From positions 224,001 through 288,000 of the forward strand of contig CAVXPZ010000001.1 in assembly GCA_963763775.1 (NCBI GenBank): DNA of 64,000 bases, given 5' to 3'. The number at the start of each line of letters is the position of its first letter. Within the stretch, counting starts at the first letter, position 1. The notes under the pieces were generated by a model. The model was not told the origin of the DNA. It searched no databases and saw only the letters and a list, made by a program, of their open reading frames with translations. The stretch comes from an uncultured Chloroflexia bacterium (lineage in GTDB: Bacteria; Chloroflexota; Limnocylindria; Limnocylindrales; CSP1-4). This document shows, piece after piece, positions 1-12,175 of the stretch. Position numbers and translations under genes: made by a program.

Positions 1-2435
<2,435 letters not shown>

Positions 2436-2515
2436 CGCGGCGGTCCTTCGCTGTCTCGATACACTCGTGGCGTGCAAGCGTACCGCGACCGCTCCGCCGA
2501 CGCGGGCGCCACCCG

Positions 2516-3556
2516 ATGAGGGGATGGCGCGACCTGCCCGACGACCCCGACCACGATCGCGCCGAGACCGCGGCGGCCATCAGCGCCGCCGGCATCGACC
2601 TCGACCCGCCGCCCCCCGGCTCCCACCGGCACGGCGACGAGCTGCACGAGAGCGACCATGCCCATCCGCACCAGCACGCCGAGCCCGGGGAGCGGCCGAT
2701 CATCGGCATCATCGGGGCCGGCGCCGTGGGGACCGCACTCGGGGTCGCGCTGTCACGGGCGGGATGGCCGATCCAGGCCGTCGCGAGCCGCGACCCGGGC
2801 CGCCGCGAACGGTTCCGGCACCTCGTCGACGGGGCGCGGGCGTTCTCGGAGCCACAGGCGCTCCTCGACGAGGTCGAGCTGGCGATCGTCGCGGTCCCGG
2901 ACGACGCCATCGCCCCACTCGCCGCGTCGCTGCGCATGTACAGCGGCCAGGCCATGGTCCACACGAGCGGCGCCCTCGATGCCGACGTCCTGGCCCCGTC
3001 GATGGCCGCAGGGACGCAGGTGGGAGCCTTCCACCCCCTCGTCGCCTTCGCCGACACCGAGCGCGCGGTCGAGGCGCTCCATGGCGCGACCATCGCCATC
3101 GAGGGCGACGACCAGCTCGCCGGGCTGCTCGCCGATATGGCCGAGGCGATCGGCGGCCGACCAGCGCGTCTCGCCCCCGGGTCGAAGGCGGCCTATCACG
3201 CCGCGGCGGTCCTGGCGGCCGGCGGCTTCGTGGCCCTCCTCGATGCGATCACCGAGCTTGGTCGCGTCGCCGGCCTCGACGAGGCCGGGGCGCTGGCCAT
3301 CTACGGACCGCTCATCGAGGGCACGCTCGGCAACGCCCGGGCGCTCGGCGTCCGCGCCGCCCTGACCGGGCCGATCGCCCGCGGCGACCTCGGGACGCTC
3401 GAGGCGCACCTCGCGGCCCTTCGCGCGCATGCGCCGGATGTGCTCGATCTGTATCGCGCCGTGGGGGAGCGGGAGGTCGAGCTGGCGGTGTCGCGGGGCT
3501 CGCTGGCACCGGAGCGCGCCGCGGACCTGCGGACCGCGCTTGCAAGGGCCGACTGA
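2516..3556 (+). CDS. Rossmann-like / DUF2520 oxidoreductase (PanG-like ketopantoate reductase family) with His-rich N-terminus
   Basis: GIIGAGAVG nucleotide-binding motif, AVPDDAI, VHTSGA, FHPL, KAAYHAAAV and LTGPIARGD, all typical of DUF2520 proteins. Confidence 0.85.
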   Translation: MRGWRDLPDDPDHDRAETAAAISAAGIDLDPPPPGSHRHGDELHESDHAHPHQHAEPGERPIIGIIGAGAVGTALGVALSRAGWPIQAVASRDPGRRERFRHLVDGARAFSEPQALLDEVELAIVAVPDDAIAPLAASLRMYSGQAMVHTSGALDADVLAPSMAAGTQVGAFHPLVAFADTERAVEALHGATIAIEGDDQLAGLLADMAEAIGGRPARLAPGSKAAYHAAAVLAAGGFVALLDAITELGRVAGLDEAGALAIYGPLIEGTLGNARALGVRAALTGPIARGDLGTLEAHLAALRAHAPDVLDLYRAVGEREVELAVSRGSLAPERAADLRTALARAD

Positions 3557-3567
3557 ACCGGTACCAT
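3540..3567 (+). promoter_or_regulatory. Sigma70-type promoter, probably leaderless
   Basis: TTGCAA (3540-3545), 16-bp spacer, TACCAT (3562-3567), ATG 8 nt downstream at 3576. Confidence 0.55.
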
Positions 3568-3575
3568 AACGGCCC

Positions 3576-3899
3576 ATGGACCACAGCATCGCCGCCAAGT
3601 ACGCGGCCCGCCCGGCGGCGCATTTCGTCCGCCCGTCGGCCCGGACGAAGGAGCGGCGGCTCGGGCTCCATCCGACCGGACAGTTCCGCTCCTCGGCGGA
3701 GCGTGCCACGGTCCTGCGGCGCCCGGACCTCGCCCCGCTGGTCAGCCTCCGCGGTCGCTGGCGTTCGATCCAGCCCGCTGCGAGCGCGCCGGCCGCCGAC
3801 GGCCCGCCGCGACCGCGCGTGTCGATGACCTGGTCGAGGTCCGGACGAGCCGGCGTGGTCCGGCGCACCAGCGCCGCGACGGCGCCGTGGCGCGCCTGA
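3576..3899 (+). CDS. Small Arg-rich hypothetical protein (107 aa)
   Basis: Fills the gap between the promoter and NUDIX and overlaps the NUDIX start. No recognisable domain. Confidence 0.45.
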   Translation: MDHSIAAKYAARPAAHFVRPSARTKERRLGLHPTGQFRSSAERATVLRRPDLAPLVSLRGRWRSIQPAASAPAADGPPRPRVSMTWSRSGRAGVVRRTSAATAPWRA

Positions 3900-4345
3900 G
3901 GACCGCGACCGCCACCTCGGCCGGCGGGATCGTCGTTCGCCACGAAGACGGCCGACCCTGGTTGGTCGTGGGCAGCCGGCGCCGCGAGCGTGACGGCCGC
4001 ACCTGGACGCTCCCCAAGGGGACCCCGGAGCGCGGCGAGACCACCCAGCAGACCGCCCTTCGCGAAGTCGCGGAGGAGACCGGCCTGCAGGTCCGGATCA
4101 CCGGCCCACTCGATTCCATCGAGTACTTCTTCGTCCAGTCCGGCACACGGATCCACAAGACCGTGCACTACTTCCTGATGGAGCCGATCGGCGGCGAGCT
4201 CTCCGGCCACGACCACGAGTTCGACGAGGTCCGCTGGATCCCGTTCGCGGATGCCGCGACGATGCTCACCTTCGAGACCGAGCGGGCGCTGGTCGCCCGG
4301 GCGGGCGAGCTCGTGGGAGCGGGATCGGTCGGAGCCGGGTCATGA
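3887..4345 (+). CDS. NUDIX hydrolase
   Basis: Nudix box LPKGTPERGETTQQTALREVAEETG; stop overlaps the gcvT start (ATGA). Confidence 0.92.
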   Translation: MARLRTATATSAGGIVVRHEDGRPWLVVGSRRRERDGRTWTLPKGTPERGETTQQTALREVAEETGLQVRITGPLDSIEYFFVQSGTRIHKTVHYFLMEPIGGELSGHDHEFDEVRWIPFADAATMLTFETERALVARAGELVGAGSVGAGS

Positions 4346-5457
4346 CCGACGCGGACGGTTCGCCGCCCCGCGCCACACCCCTCGCCGAGCGGCACGTGGC
4401 CCTGGGCGCCCGCATGATCGAGTTCGGTGGCTGGCTCATGCCGGTCCAGTACGGCTCGATCCTCGACGAGCACCGCGCGGTCCGCGAGCGCGTCGGCCTG
4501 TTCGACCTCTCGCACATGGGCGAGCTCTTCGTGGAAGGGCCCGAGGCCGGGGCCGGCCTGGCGGCGGCCCTGGTGAGCGACCCGCCCGCGCTGAAGGTGG
4601 GACGTGCCCAGTACTCGATGATCTGCGAGCCCGACGGCGGCGTCATCGACGACCTCATCGTGTACCGGCTGGGCGAGACCTCGTACCTCGTGGTCGCGAA
4701 CGCGGGCAACGCCGAGATCGTGTCCGATGCGCTCGCGGAGCGCCTCGGCGGCTACAAGGCGGTCCTCGACGACCGGTCGCTCGCCACCGGCCTCGTCGCG
4801 GTCCAGGGACCCCGCGCGGTCGACGTCCTCGCGCCGCGGACCGACGTCGACCTGGGCGCCCTGCGCTACTACGCGATCGCCGAGGGCCAGGTCGCCGGGA
4901 TCCCCGCGCTGGTCGCCCGGACCGGCTACACGGGCGAGGACGGGTTCGAGGTCTTCGTCGAGACCGGCCGGACCGGCGAGCTCTGGGACGCGCTGCTCGC
5001 CGGCGTGCGCGAGCACGATGGCGTCCCGGTCGGCCTGGGCGCCCGTGACACGCTCCGGCTCGAGGCCGGCATGCCCCTCTACGGCAACGAGCTCGACCTC
5101 GAGACGACCCCGTACGCGGCGGGCCTCGGACGCGTCGTGAAGCTCGACAAGCCCGAGGATTTCGTCGGCCGGTCGGCGCTCGCGAAGGTCGCGGCCGACG
5201 GTCCGGACCGGCTCCTCGTGGGCCTGATCGTCGAGGGCCGCGGCATCGCCCGGCACGGCTACACGGTGCACGTCGGCGACCGGCCGAGCGGCGTGGTGAC
5301 CAGCGGCACGCAGTCGCCGACGCTGGGGGTCCCGATCGCGATGGCGTACGTCGCGCCGGAGGACGCCGCGGCGAGTACGATCGTCGACGTCCAGATCCGG
5401 GACGCCCGCGTCCCGGCGCGGGTCGTGTCCCTGCCGTTCTATCGGAGGTCAGCCTGA
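4342..5457 (+). CDS. gcvT: Glycine cleavage system aminomethyltransferase T
   Basis: FGGWLMPVQY, GLFDLSHMGE, ARTGYTGEDGFE, GLGARDTLRLEAG. Confidence 0.97.
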   Translation: MTDADGSPPRATPLAERHVALGARMIEFGGWLMPVQYGSILDEHRAVRERVGLFDLSHMGELFVEGPEAGAGLAAALVSDPPALKVGRAQYSMICEPDGGVIDDLIVYRLGETSYLVVANAGNAEIVSDALAERLGGYKAVLDDRSLATGLVAVQGPRAVDVLAPRTDVDLGALRYYAIAEGQVAGIPALVARTGYTGEDGFEVFVETGRTGELWDALLAGVREHDGVPVGLGARDTLRLEAGMPLYGNELDLETTPYAAGLGRVVKLDKPEDFVGRSALAKVAADGPDRLLVGLIVEGRGIARHGYTVHVGDRPSGVVTSGTQSPTLGVPIAMAYVAPEDAAASTIVDVQIRDARVPARVVSLPFYRRSA

Positions 5458-5458
5458 C

Positions 5459-5842
5459 GTGAGCGTCCCCAGCGACCTGCGCTATACGAAGGACCACGAG
5501 TGGGTCCGCATCGAGGGTGACGAGGCCACGGTCGGCATCACGGCCTATGCCGCCGACCAGCTCGGCGACATCGTCTTCGTGGAGCTGCCCGACGTCGGAC
5601 GCACGCTGGCCCAGGCCGCGGCGTTCGGGGTCGTCGAGTCGGTCAAGGCGGTCAGCGACCTCTTCGCGCCCGTGACCGGCGACGTGCTCGCGACCAACGG
5701 CGAGCTGACCGCGAGTCCGGAACTCGTCAACAGCGATCCGTACGGAGCCGGCTGGATGGTCAAGGTCCGCGTCGGGGATGCGGCCCAGACGGCCGAGCTG
5801 CTGGACGCCGACGCCTACGACGCGCTCATCGCGGCGGGCTGA
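5459..5842 (+). CDS. gcvH: Glycine cleavage system H protein
   Basis: YTKDHEW, lipoyl-lysine motif VESVKAVSD, VNSDPYGAGW. Confidence 0.97.
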   Translation: MSVPSDLRYTKDHEWVRIEGDEATVGITAYAADQLGDIVFVELPDVGRTLAQAAAFGVVESVKAVSDLFAPVTGDVLATNGELTASPELVNSDPYGAGWMVKVRVGDAAQTAELLDADAYDALIAAG

Positions 5843-5851
5843 CGACCGCCG

Positions 5852-7286
5852 ATGCCGTACGGACCGCATACCGCCGACGACCGCGAGCGGATGCTCGCGG
5901 CCCTCGGCCTGTCGTCGGTCGACGAGCTGTTCGCCGATATCCCCGAAGCGCTGCGGGCGTCGCCGCTCGACCTGCCGCCGCCCGAGCCCGAGCTCGAGCT
6001 GGCGGCGCGGCTGACGGCCCTGGCCGCGCGCAACCGGACCGACCTCGCCTCGTTCCTCGGCGCCGGGGTGTACCGGCACTGGAGCCCGCCGGCTGTCGAC
6101 CAGATCCTGCTCCGCGGCGAGTGGTACACGGCCTACACGCCGTACCAGCCCGAGGTCAGCCAAGGCACGCTCCAGAGCATCTACGAGTACGAGTCGCTCA
6201 TCGCGGAGCTCGTGGACCTCGACGTCGTGTCGGCTTCGCACTACGACGGGGCCGCCGCCACGGCCGAGGCGGCGCTCATGACCTGCCGGGCCACCCGCCG
6301 CGAACGCGTCCTGGTGAGCCGCGGCGTCCACCCCCACTATCGCGAGACCCTGCGCACCTACTTCGGCGGCGGCCTGACCCTCGAGGAGGTCCCGCTGGTG
6401 GCCGACGGCGAGTCGGCCGGGACCACGGACCTCGGCGCCCTCGAGCGGATGCTCGCGGACCCGGATCGTCCGGTCGCCGGGGTCATCGCCGCGCAGCCCG
6501 ACTTCCTCGGCCTGCTCGAGCCGATGCCGCGCATCGGCGAGCTGGCCCATGCGGCGGGTGCCCTGTTCGTGGCGGTCATCGAGCCCGTCAGCCTGGCGGT
6601 CCTCGCCCCGCCCGGCGCGTACGGGGCGGACATCGCCGCCGGCGAGGGCCAGCCCCTCGGCATCTCGCCGCAGTACGGCGGCCCGTACCTGGGCCTGCTG
6701 GCGTCGACGGACGCGCTCGTGCGCCAGATCCCCGGGCGGCTCGTCGGGATGACGACCGATCTCGATGGCCAGCGAGCGTTCGTGATGACCATGCGCGCGC
6801 GCGAGCAGGACATCCGTCGGGACAAGGCCGCGAGCAACATCTGCACGAACCAGGCGCTGCTCGCCCTGGCCGCGTCGGTCTACCTCGCGACGATCGGCCC
6901 GCACGGGCTGCGCGACGTGGCGGCCGGCGGGGCCGCCCGTGCCACCGAGCTCGAGGCGGCCCTCGCGGCGGCCGGGGCGCCGCGGCTCCACCCGGGCCCG
7001 TACCTCAACGAGTTCGCGATCCGCGTGCCCGATGCCCCGGAGGTCCACCGGCGGCTGCTCGACCACGGCGTCCTCGGTGGGCTGGTGCTCGCCGACGCGG
7101 TGCCCGACGACCCGAGCCTGGCGGACGGCCTGCTGGTCTGCGCGACCGAGGTCACGACCTCCGCCGAGATCGCCCGGTTCGCCGAGGCGCTCGGCGAGGT
7201 GCTGCGCGGGCGGCCGCCGATCGCGGTCGGGCGAAGCCGGCGCCGGGGCGGCGGCCAGCGGGTCGGACCGCGCGGTGCCGTCATGA
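5852..7286 (+). CDS. gcvPA: Glycine dehydrogenase subunit 1 (reads in frame into gcvPB as given; likely true stop is TGA 7284-7286)
   Basis: YTPYQPEVSQG, GGPYLG, REQDIRRDKAASNICTNQAL. Confidence 0.92.
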
Positions 7287-8782
7287 GCGTCACCGGGCCT
7301 CGCCTCCAGCCGACGCTGTTCGAGCGTGGCCGGCCCGGCCGCGGCGGCGGCAAGATCCCGCACCCGCCCAAGGACGCGCTGTCACGGATCCCGCCCGGGG
7401 CGCTCCGCGCGGACCCGCCGGCGCTCCCCGAGCTCAACGAGCTCGAGGTCGTGCGCCATTACGTGAACCTGTCCCAGCTGAACTTCGCGGTCGACACGGG
7501 CTTCTACCCCCTCGGGTCGTGCACCATGAAGTTCAACCCCAAGCTCAACGAGTGGGCGGCCCGGCTGCCCGGCTTCGCGTCCCTCCATCCGATGAGCCCG
7601 GACGCCATCGCGCAGGGCACCCTGCAGCTCCTGTGGGAGCTCGAGGCCTCGCTCGCGGAGATCTCGGGCATGGAGGCCGTGTCGCTGCAGCCGGCCGCCG
7701 GCGCCCAGGGCGAGCTGACCGGCATCCTGATGATCCGCGCCTACCACCGCGCCCGCGGCGACACGGACCGTGACGAGGTCCTGGTCCCGGACTCCAGCCA
7801 CGGCACCAACCCGGCGACGGCGTCGATGGCCGGCTTCCGCACCATCACGGTCCCGTCCGCCGCCGACGGCGGGGTGGACGTGGAGGCGTTCCGCGCCGCC
7901 CTCGGGCCGCGGACCGCCGCCGTGATGATCACCAACCCCTCGACGCTCGGCCTGTTCGAGTCCCGGATCGGCGAGCTCCTCGACGCGGTCCACGAGGCCG
8001 GGGCCCTGGCCTACATGGACGGCGCGAACCTCAACGCGATCCTGGGCCGCTTCAAGCCTGGCGAGGCCGGGTTCGACGTCATGCACTTCAACGTGCACAA
8101 GACCTTCAGCACACCGCACGGCGGCGGCGGCCCCGGGGCCGGCCCGGTCGGGGTGGGGGAGCGCCTCCTCCCGTACCTGCCCGAGCCGCGCGTGCTGCGC
8201 ACCGACGACGGCGCCTTCCGGCTCGAGCGCACGGGCGAGCGGCCGACGTCGATCGGCCGGCTGCGCAGCTTCGTGGGGAACACGGGCGTGCTCGTGCGCG
8301 CGTACGCGTACATCCGGGCGCACGGCGGCTCGGGCCTGTGCGAGGTCAGCGACGATGCGGTGCTGGCGGCCAACTACCTCAAGCACCGGCTCGCGGGCGT
8401 CTACGACATCCCGTACGACCGCGCCTGCAAGCACGAGTTCGTCGCATCCGCCACGACGATCAAGGCGCGCACCGGGGTCCGGACGCTCGACATCGCGAAG
8501 CGGTTGATCGACCACGGCTACCACCCGCCGACGATCTACTTCCCGCTCATCGTCGACGAGGGCATGCTCATCGAGCCGACGGAGACCGAATTGGTCGAGA
8601 CCCTCGATGCGTTCGCGGACGCGTTGATCGCCATCGCGGCCGAGGCCGAGACCGATCCCGACGCCGTGACCTCGGCGCCGCACACCGCGCCCGTGCGGCG
8701 GCTCGACGAGGCGACGGCCGCCCGTCAGCCGAACCTTCGCTGGCGGCCGATGACCGGCCTCCAGACGCCCTGCCCGGACTGA
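7283..8782 (+). CDS. gcvPB: Glycine dehydrogenase subunit 2
   Basis: ATG 7283 (MSVTGPRLQPTLFE); YPLGSCTMKFNP; PLP lysine motif HFNVHKTFSTPHGGGGPG; LIEPTETE. Confidence 0.95.
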   Translation: MSVTGPRLQPTLFERGRPGRGGGKIPHPPKDALSRIPPGALRADPPALPELNELEVVRHYVNLSQLNFAVDTGFYPLGSCTMKFNPKLNEWAARLPGFASLHPMSPDAIAQGTLQLLWELEASLAEISGMEAVSLQPAAGAQGELTGILMIRAYHRARGDTDRDEVLVPDSSHGTNPATASMAGFRTITVPSAADGGVDVEAFRAALGPRTAAVMITNPSTLGLFESRIGELLDAVHEAGALAYMDGANLNAILGRFKPGEAGFDVMHFNVHKTFSTPHGGGGPGAGPVGVGERLLPYLPEPRVLRTDDGAFRLERTGERPTSIGRLRSFVGNTGVLVRAYAYIRAHGGSGLCEVSDDAVLAANYLKHRLAGVYDIPYDRACKHEFVASATTIKARTGVRTLDIAKRLIDHGYHPPTIYFPLIVDEGMLIEPTETELVETLDAFADALIAIAAEAETDPDAVTSAPHTAPVRRLDEATAARQPNLRWRPMTGLQTPCPD

Positions 8783-8805
8783 CGAGCCCGTGCCGGACCG
8801 GCCGT

Positions 8806-8856
8806 ACGAACGTTCGTTAGGTCATGGTTGACAGCCCATCGGGCCCTGTGGATAGT
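8806..8856 (+). promoter_or_regulatory. Promoter of the first ABC operon with an upstream palindrome
   Basis: Perfect palindrome ACGAACGTTCGT (8806-8817), TTGACA (8828-8833), 17-bp spacer, GATAGT (8851-8856). Confidence 0.55.
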
Positions 8857-9023
8857 ACCGACAGCGCACCGACCTGAACGTGCTGCCGCCCCGGCTCGCC
8901 CCGAATCCGATCGAGTGGGAGGCTCGACCGGAACGAGAGCGGGACCTTCGCGGCGATGCGAGAGGCACGATCGCGGTCGCGTAGCGGGAGACATCGGGTA
9001 TCCACCCGTTCGGAGGACAGTTC

Positions 9024-11060
9024 ATGCAGAAACGATTCTTGGGCATCGCAGCCACGGCGGTCATGATCGTGACGGCCTGTGGTGGTGCCACTTCCAGTTC
9101 GGCGCCTCCCGCGTCGAGCGGGACCGCCCCTTCGGCGTCCGCCTCGGCGGCGGCGAGCGAGTCCGCCGCCCCGACGGAGCAGACGATCACCTACGCGATC
9201 GACGCTGACGTCTCCGGCGGCCTGACCAATGCCGCGGACAACGTCCCGACGGCCCAGGCGGTCGGCTGGCTGTACGACGCGCTGTACCAGTTCGACAGCA
9301 CCCTGACTCCGCAGCCGAACCTCGCGGACGGCCTCGCCGAGATCAGCCCGGACGGCCTGACCTGGACCGTGAAGCTCCACCAGGGCGTCAAGTTCCACGA
9401 CGGCACGGACATGACGGCCGACGACGTCGTGCGGACGTACGAGCTGGCCCAGAGCCCGAACTGCACCTACAGCCCGGCCGTGTGCCTCGCGTCCTTCCTC
9501 GACAAGGTCGAGAAGGTCGACGACTACACGGTCAAGTTCACGCTCAAGCAGCCGCTCGCGACCTTCGCGACGATCTACCTGCCGGGCATCCTCATCGAGA
9601 GCAAGGACGCGATCGACGCCTCGTACGCGCGCTATCAGGCCGCGACGGCGGCCGTCACCGCGGCCGAGCTCAAGACGTTCCTCGACAAGGTGGCCGCCGA
9701 GGTCAAGACCCCGACCGGTCCGCCGGCCGAAGGCAGCACCGACAAGACGGTGAACTACGCGCAGTTCCAGGCCGAGGCCGAGGCCCTGCTCACGAAGGCC
9801 GGGCAGCCGCTGGCTGACAAGACCCTGTACCCGGATGCCGCGGGCACGGGCACGGACCTCAACGCCTACACCCAGGACAACATCGGCCGGCTCCAGACGA
9901 TGCAGACGGCCCAGACGGCCGGCGCCATCGATGCGCTCGCGGCCGCGTACAAGTACCTCGACATCCAGACGAACCCGGTCGGTCTCGGCACCGGTCCGTT
10001 CATGTTCAAGAGCTACAAGACCGGCGAGTCGATGGAGTTCGACAACAACCCGAACTACTTCAAGGGTGCGTCCCAGGTCAGCAAGATCTTCCTGCCGATC
10101 ATCAAGGACGACATCGCCGGTGGCCAGGCCCTCGCGGCCGGTCAGGTCGACTGGAAGTACTCGCTCGAAGGCGGCACGTACAACCAGATCAAGGACAACG
10201 CGGACCTCAAGTTCGCCGAGTACCCGGACTTCGGCTTCTTCGGCCTCTACTTCAACCAGCGCGAAGGCCAGCTCTTCGCCGACAAGAACCTCCGTCAGGC
10301 GGTCTCGTACTGCTTCGACAAGGAGGCCACGGCCAAGGCGGCCACCGACGACCTCGGTGTCGCGATCTACAGCGAGATCCCGCCGGCGTCGTGGGCCTAC
10401 CCGACCACCGGTCTGAACACGTACCCGATCGACCAGGCCAAGTCGAAGGCGCTCATCGAGTCCTCCGGCTGGAAGCTCGGTTCTGACGGCATCTACGAGA
10501 AGGACGGCAAGAAGCTGTCCACGGTCGTGGCGGTCCGCGCCGGACGCCCGAACCGCTCGAAGTGGATGCAGCTCATGTCGGACCAGGTCAAGCAGTGCGG
10601 GATCGACATCCAGTTCAAGGAAGTCGACTTCGGCGCGATCCTGAACATGCTGACCATCTACCCGCACATCAACGCGGCCGCGCCCGAGAAGGGCAAGCCG
10701 TTCGACGCCTACTTCGGTGGGTTCAGCACGGGCTATGACCCGGATCCGTTCAGCCTCTACGACTCGAGCCAGTGCTCGACCAAGGAGCAGCCGGATACCA
10801 ACAACTACATCTGCTACAAGAACCCCGAGGTCGACAAGGCGATCGCCGCCGGCCTCAAGGAGTTCGACCAGGCCAAGCGAGCCAAGATCTACCAGGACTA
10901 CGCGATCGTCCAGTCGAACGACCTCCCGGTCATCTACTCCTGGGCGGACATCGCGCATCAGGGGCTGCGCAAGACGGTCGACACGACCGCCGACGGCGGG
11001 TTCCAGCTCGATAGCCCGCAGTTCGCGTGGGAGACCCAGAAGGTCATCAACAAGAAGTAG
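9024..11060 (+). CDS. Family-5 (peptide/nickel) ABC substrate-binding lipoprotein with a large internal insertion
   Basis: Lipobox VTAC, Ser/Ala linker, DGLTWTVKLHQGVKFHDGTDMTADDV, GTGPF, LRQAV; SD GGAGG. Confidence 0.93.
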   Translation: MQKRFLGIAATAVMIVTACGGATSSSAPPASSGTAPSASASAAASESAAPTEQTITYAIDADVSGGLTNAADNVPTAQAVGWLYDALYQFDSTLTPQPNLADGLAEISPDGLTWTVKLHQGVKFHDGTDMTADDVVRTYELAQSPNCTYSPAVCLASFLDKVEKVDDYTVKFTLKQPLATFATIYLPGILIESKDAIDASYARYQAATAAVTAAELKTFLDKVAAEVKTPTGPPAEGSTDKTVNYAQFQAEAEALLTKAGQPLADKTLYPDAAGTGTDLNAYTQDNIGRLQTMQTAQTAGAIDALAAAYKYLDIQTNPVGLGTGPFMFKSYKTGESMEFDNNPNYFKGASQVSKIFLPIIKDDIAGGQALAAGQVDWKYSLEGGTYNQIKDNADLKFAEYPDFGFFGLYFNQREGQLFADKNLRQAVSYCFDKEATAKAATDDLGVAIYSEIPPASWAYPTTGLNTYPIDQAKSKALIESSGWKLGSDGIYEKDGKKLSTVVAVRAGRPNRSKWMQLMSDQVKQCGIDIQFKEVDFGAILNMLTIYPHINAAAPEKGKPFDAYFGGFSTGYDPDPFSLYDSSQCSTKEQPDTNNYICYKNPEVDKAIAAGLKEFDQAKRAKIYQDYAIVQSNDLPVIYSWADIAHQGLRKTVDTTADGGFQLDSPQFAWETQKVINKK

Positions 11061-11067
11061 TCCCGTG

Positions 11068-11090
11068 CCGGGCCGGCTCCGCCGGCCCGG
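11068..11090 (+). terminator. GC-rich stem-loop after the SBP gene (attenuating or mRNA-stabilising)
   Basis: CCGGGCCGG-ctccg-CCGGCCCGG; no U-tract. Confidence 0.4.
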
Positions 11091-11185
11091 ACGACCCGCA
11101 GATCCGGCCGCCGTCGCCCCGACCGGGGCGCCGGCGGCCCACCTCCTTCGAAGGATCGATCGGACAGGAGCGGCGATAGCGGCGT

Positions 11186-12163
11186 ATGGCGACCTACGTG
11201 CTCCGACGGATCATCCAGTCGATCCCGATCATCATCGGGATCTCCCTCCTGATCTTCCTCATCGTCCAGCTGGCGCCTGGCAGCCCGGTCGACCGGTTCC
11301 GCAACCCGCGGATCTCGCCCGAGCAGCTCGCGGCGCTGACGCGGTTGTACGGCCTCGACAAGCCGTTGCCCCAGCAGTACATCAGCTGGATCACGGCCTT
11401 CTTCCAGGTCTGGCGACCCGACGCGTGGGGCTTCAGCTACACCGACGGCCAGCCGGTCCTCAAGAACGTCATGGACCGCGTGCCGGCCACCATGCTGCTG
11501 ATGGGCGCCGCGCTGATCGTCACGATCATCGTGTCCATCCCGGTCGGCATCCTCGCGGCGGTCCGCCAGTACAGCATGACCGACAAGGTGATCACCACGT
11601 TCGCGACGATCGGCTACGCGATGCCGTCGTTCCTGCTCGCGATCTACATCCTGTACTTCGGCGGCGTGGTGCTCTACCAGATGACCGGGTGGGGGTTCCC
11701 GCTCTTCGGGCGGCAGACGCTCGGCGGTGACGGCAACCCGCTCGACATCACGTACCACTTGATCCTGCCCGTGATCAGCCTCGCCATCGCCTCGATCGCC
11801 GGGTTCTCGCCGGTACATGCGCGCGAGCATGCTCGACGTGCTGCGCCAGGACTACGTCCGCACGGCCCGGGCCAAGGGCGCGGGCGGTCGACGGGTCATC
11901 GGCCGGCACGCGCTCCGCAACGCGCTGATCCCGATCGTCACGCTGCTCGGGCTCTCGATCCCGGCCCTGCTCGTCGGGCGCGGCCATCACCGAGGCCATC
12001 TTCTCGTGGCCCGGGGCTCGGCAGCCTCGACGATCGATGCCATCGGCAAGAGCGACTACCCGACCGTCTCGCGATGGCCATGCTCGGCGGGATCTTCGTG
12101 ATCCTCGGCAACCTGATCGCGGACATCCTCTACGGCGTGGTCGATCCGCGGATCAAGTACTAG
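11186..12163 (+). CDS. Peptide ABC permease (OppB/DppB-like), compensating frameshifts
   Basis: [22 protein letters not shown]; EAA loop [21 protein letters not shown] in a shifted frame; ends [13 protein letters not shown]. Confidence 0.9.
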   Translation: MATYVLRRIIQSIPIIIGISLLIFLIVQLAPGSPVDRFRNPRISPEQLAALTRLYGLDKPLPQQYISWITAFFQVWRPDAWGFSYTDGQPVLKNVMDRVPATMLLMGAALIVTIIVSIPVGILAAVRQYSMTDKVITTFATIGYAMPSFLLAIYILYFGGVVLYQMTGWGFPLFGRQTLGGDGNPLDITYHLILPVISLAIASIAGFSPVHAREHARRAAPGLRPHGPGQGRGRSTGHRPARAPQRADPDRHAARALDPGPARRARPSPRPSSRGPGLGSLDDRCHRQERLPDRLAMAMLGGIFVILGNLIADILYGVVDPRIKY

Positions 12164-12175
12164 CGAGGCAGCGGC

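Noticed and set aside
3600-4340. Glycine riboswitch upstream of gcvT
   Set aside because: GAAGGAGC occurs near 3647, but the other conserved elements (GGAGA, CUCUCAGG) are missing, and gcvT is directly coupled to NUDIX.
8806-8817. LexA (GAAC-N4-GTTC) box
   Set aside because: The half-sites abut with no spacer, and the downstream genes are not SOS genes.
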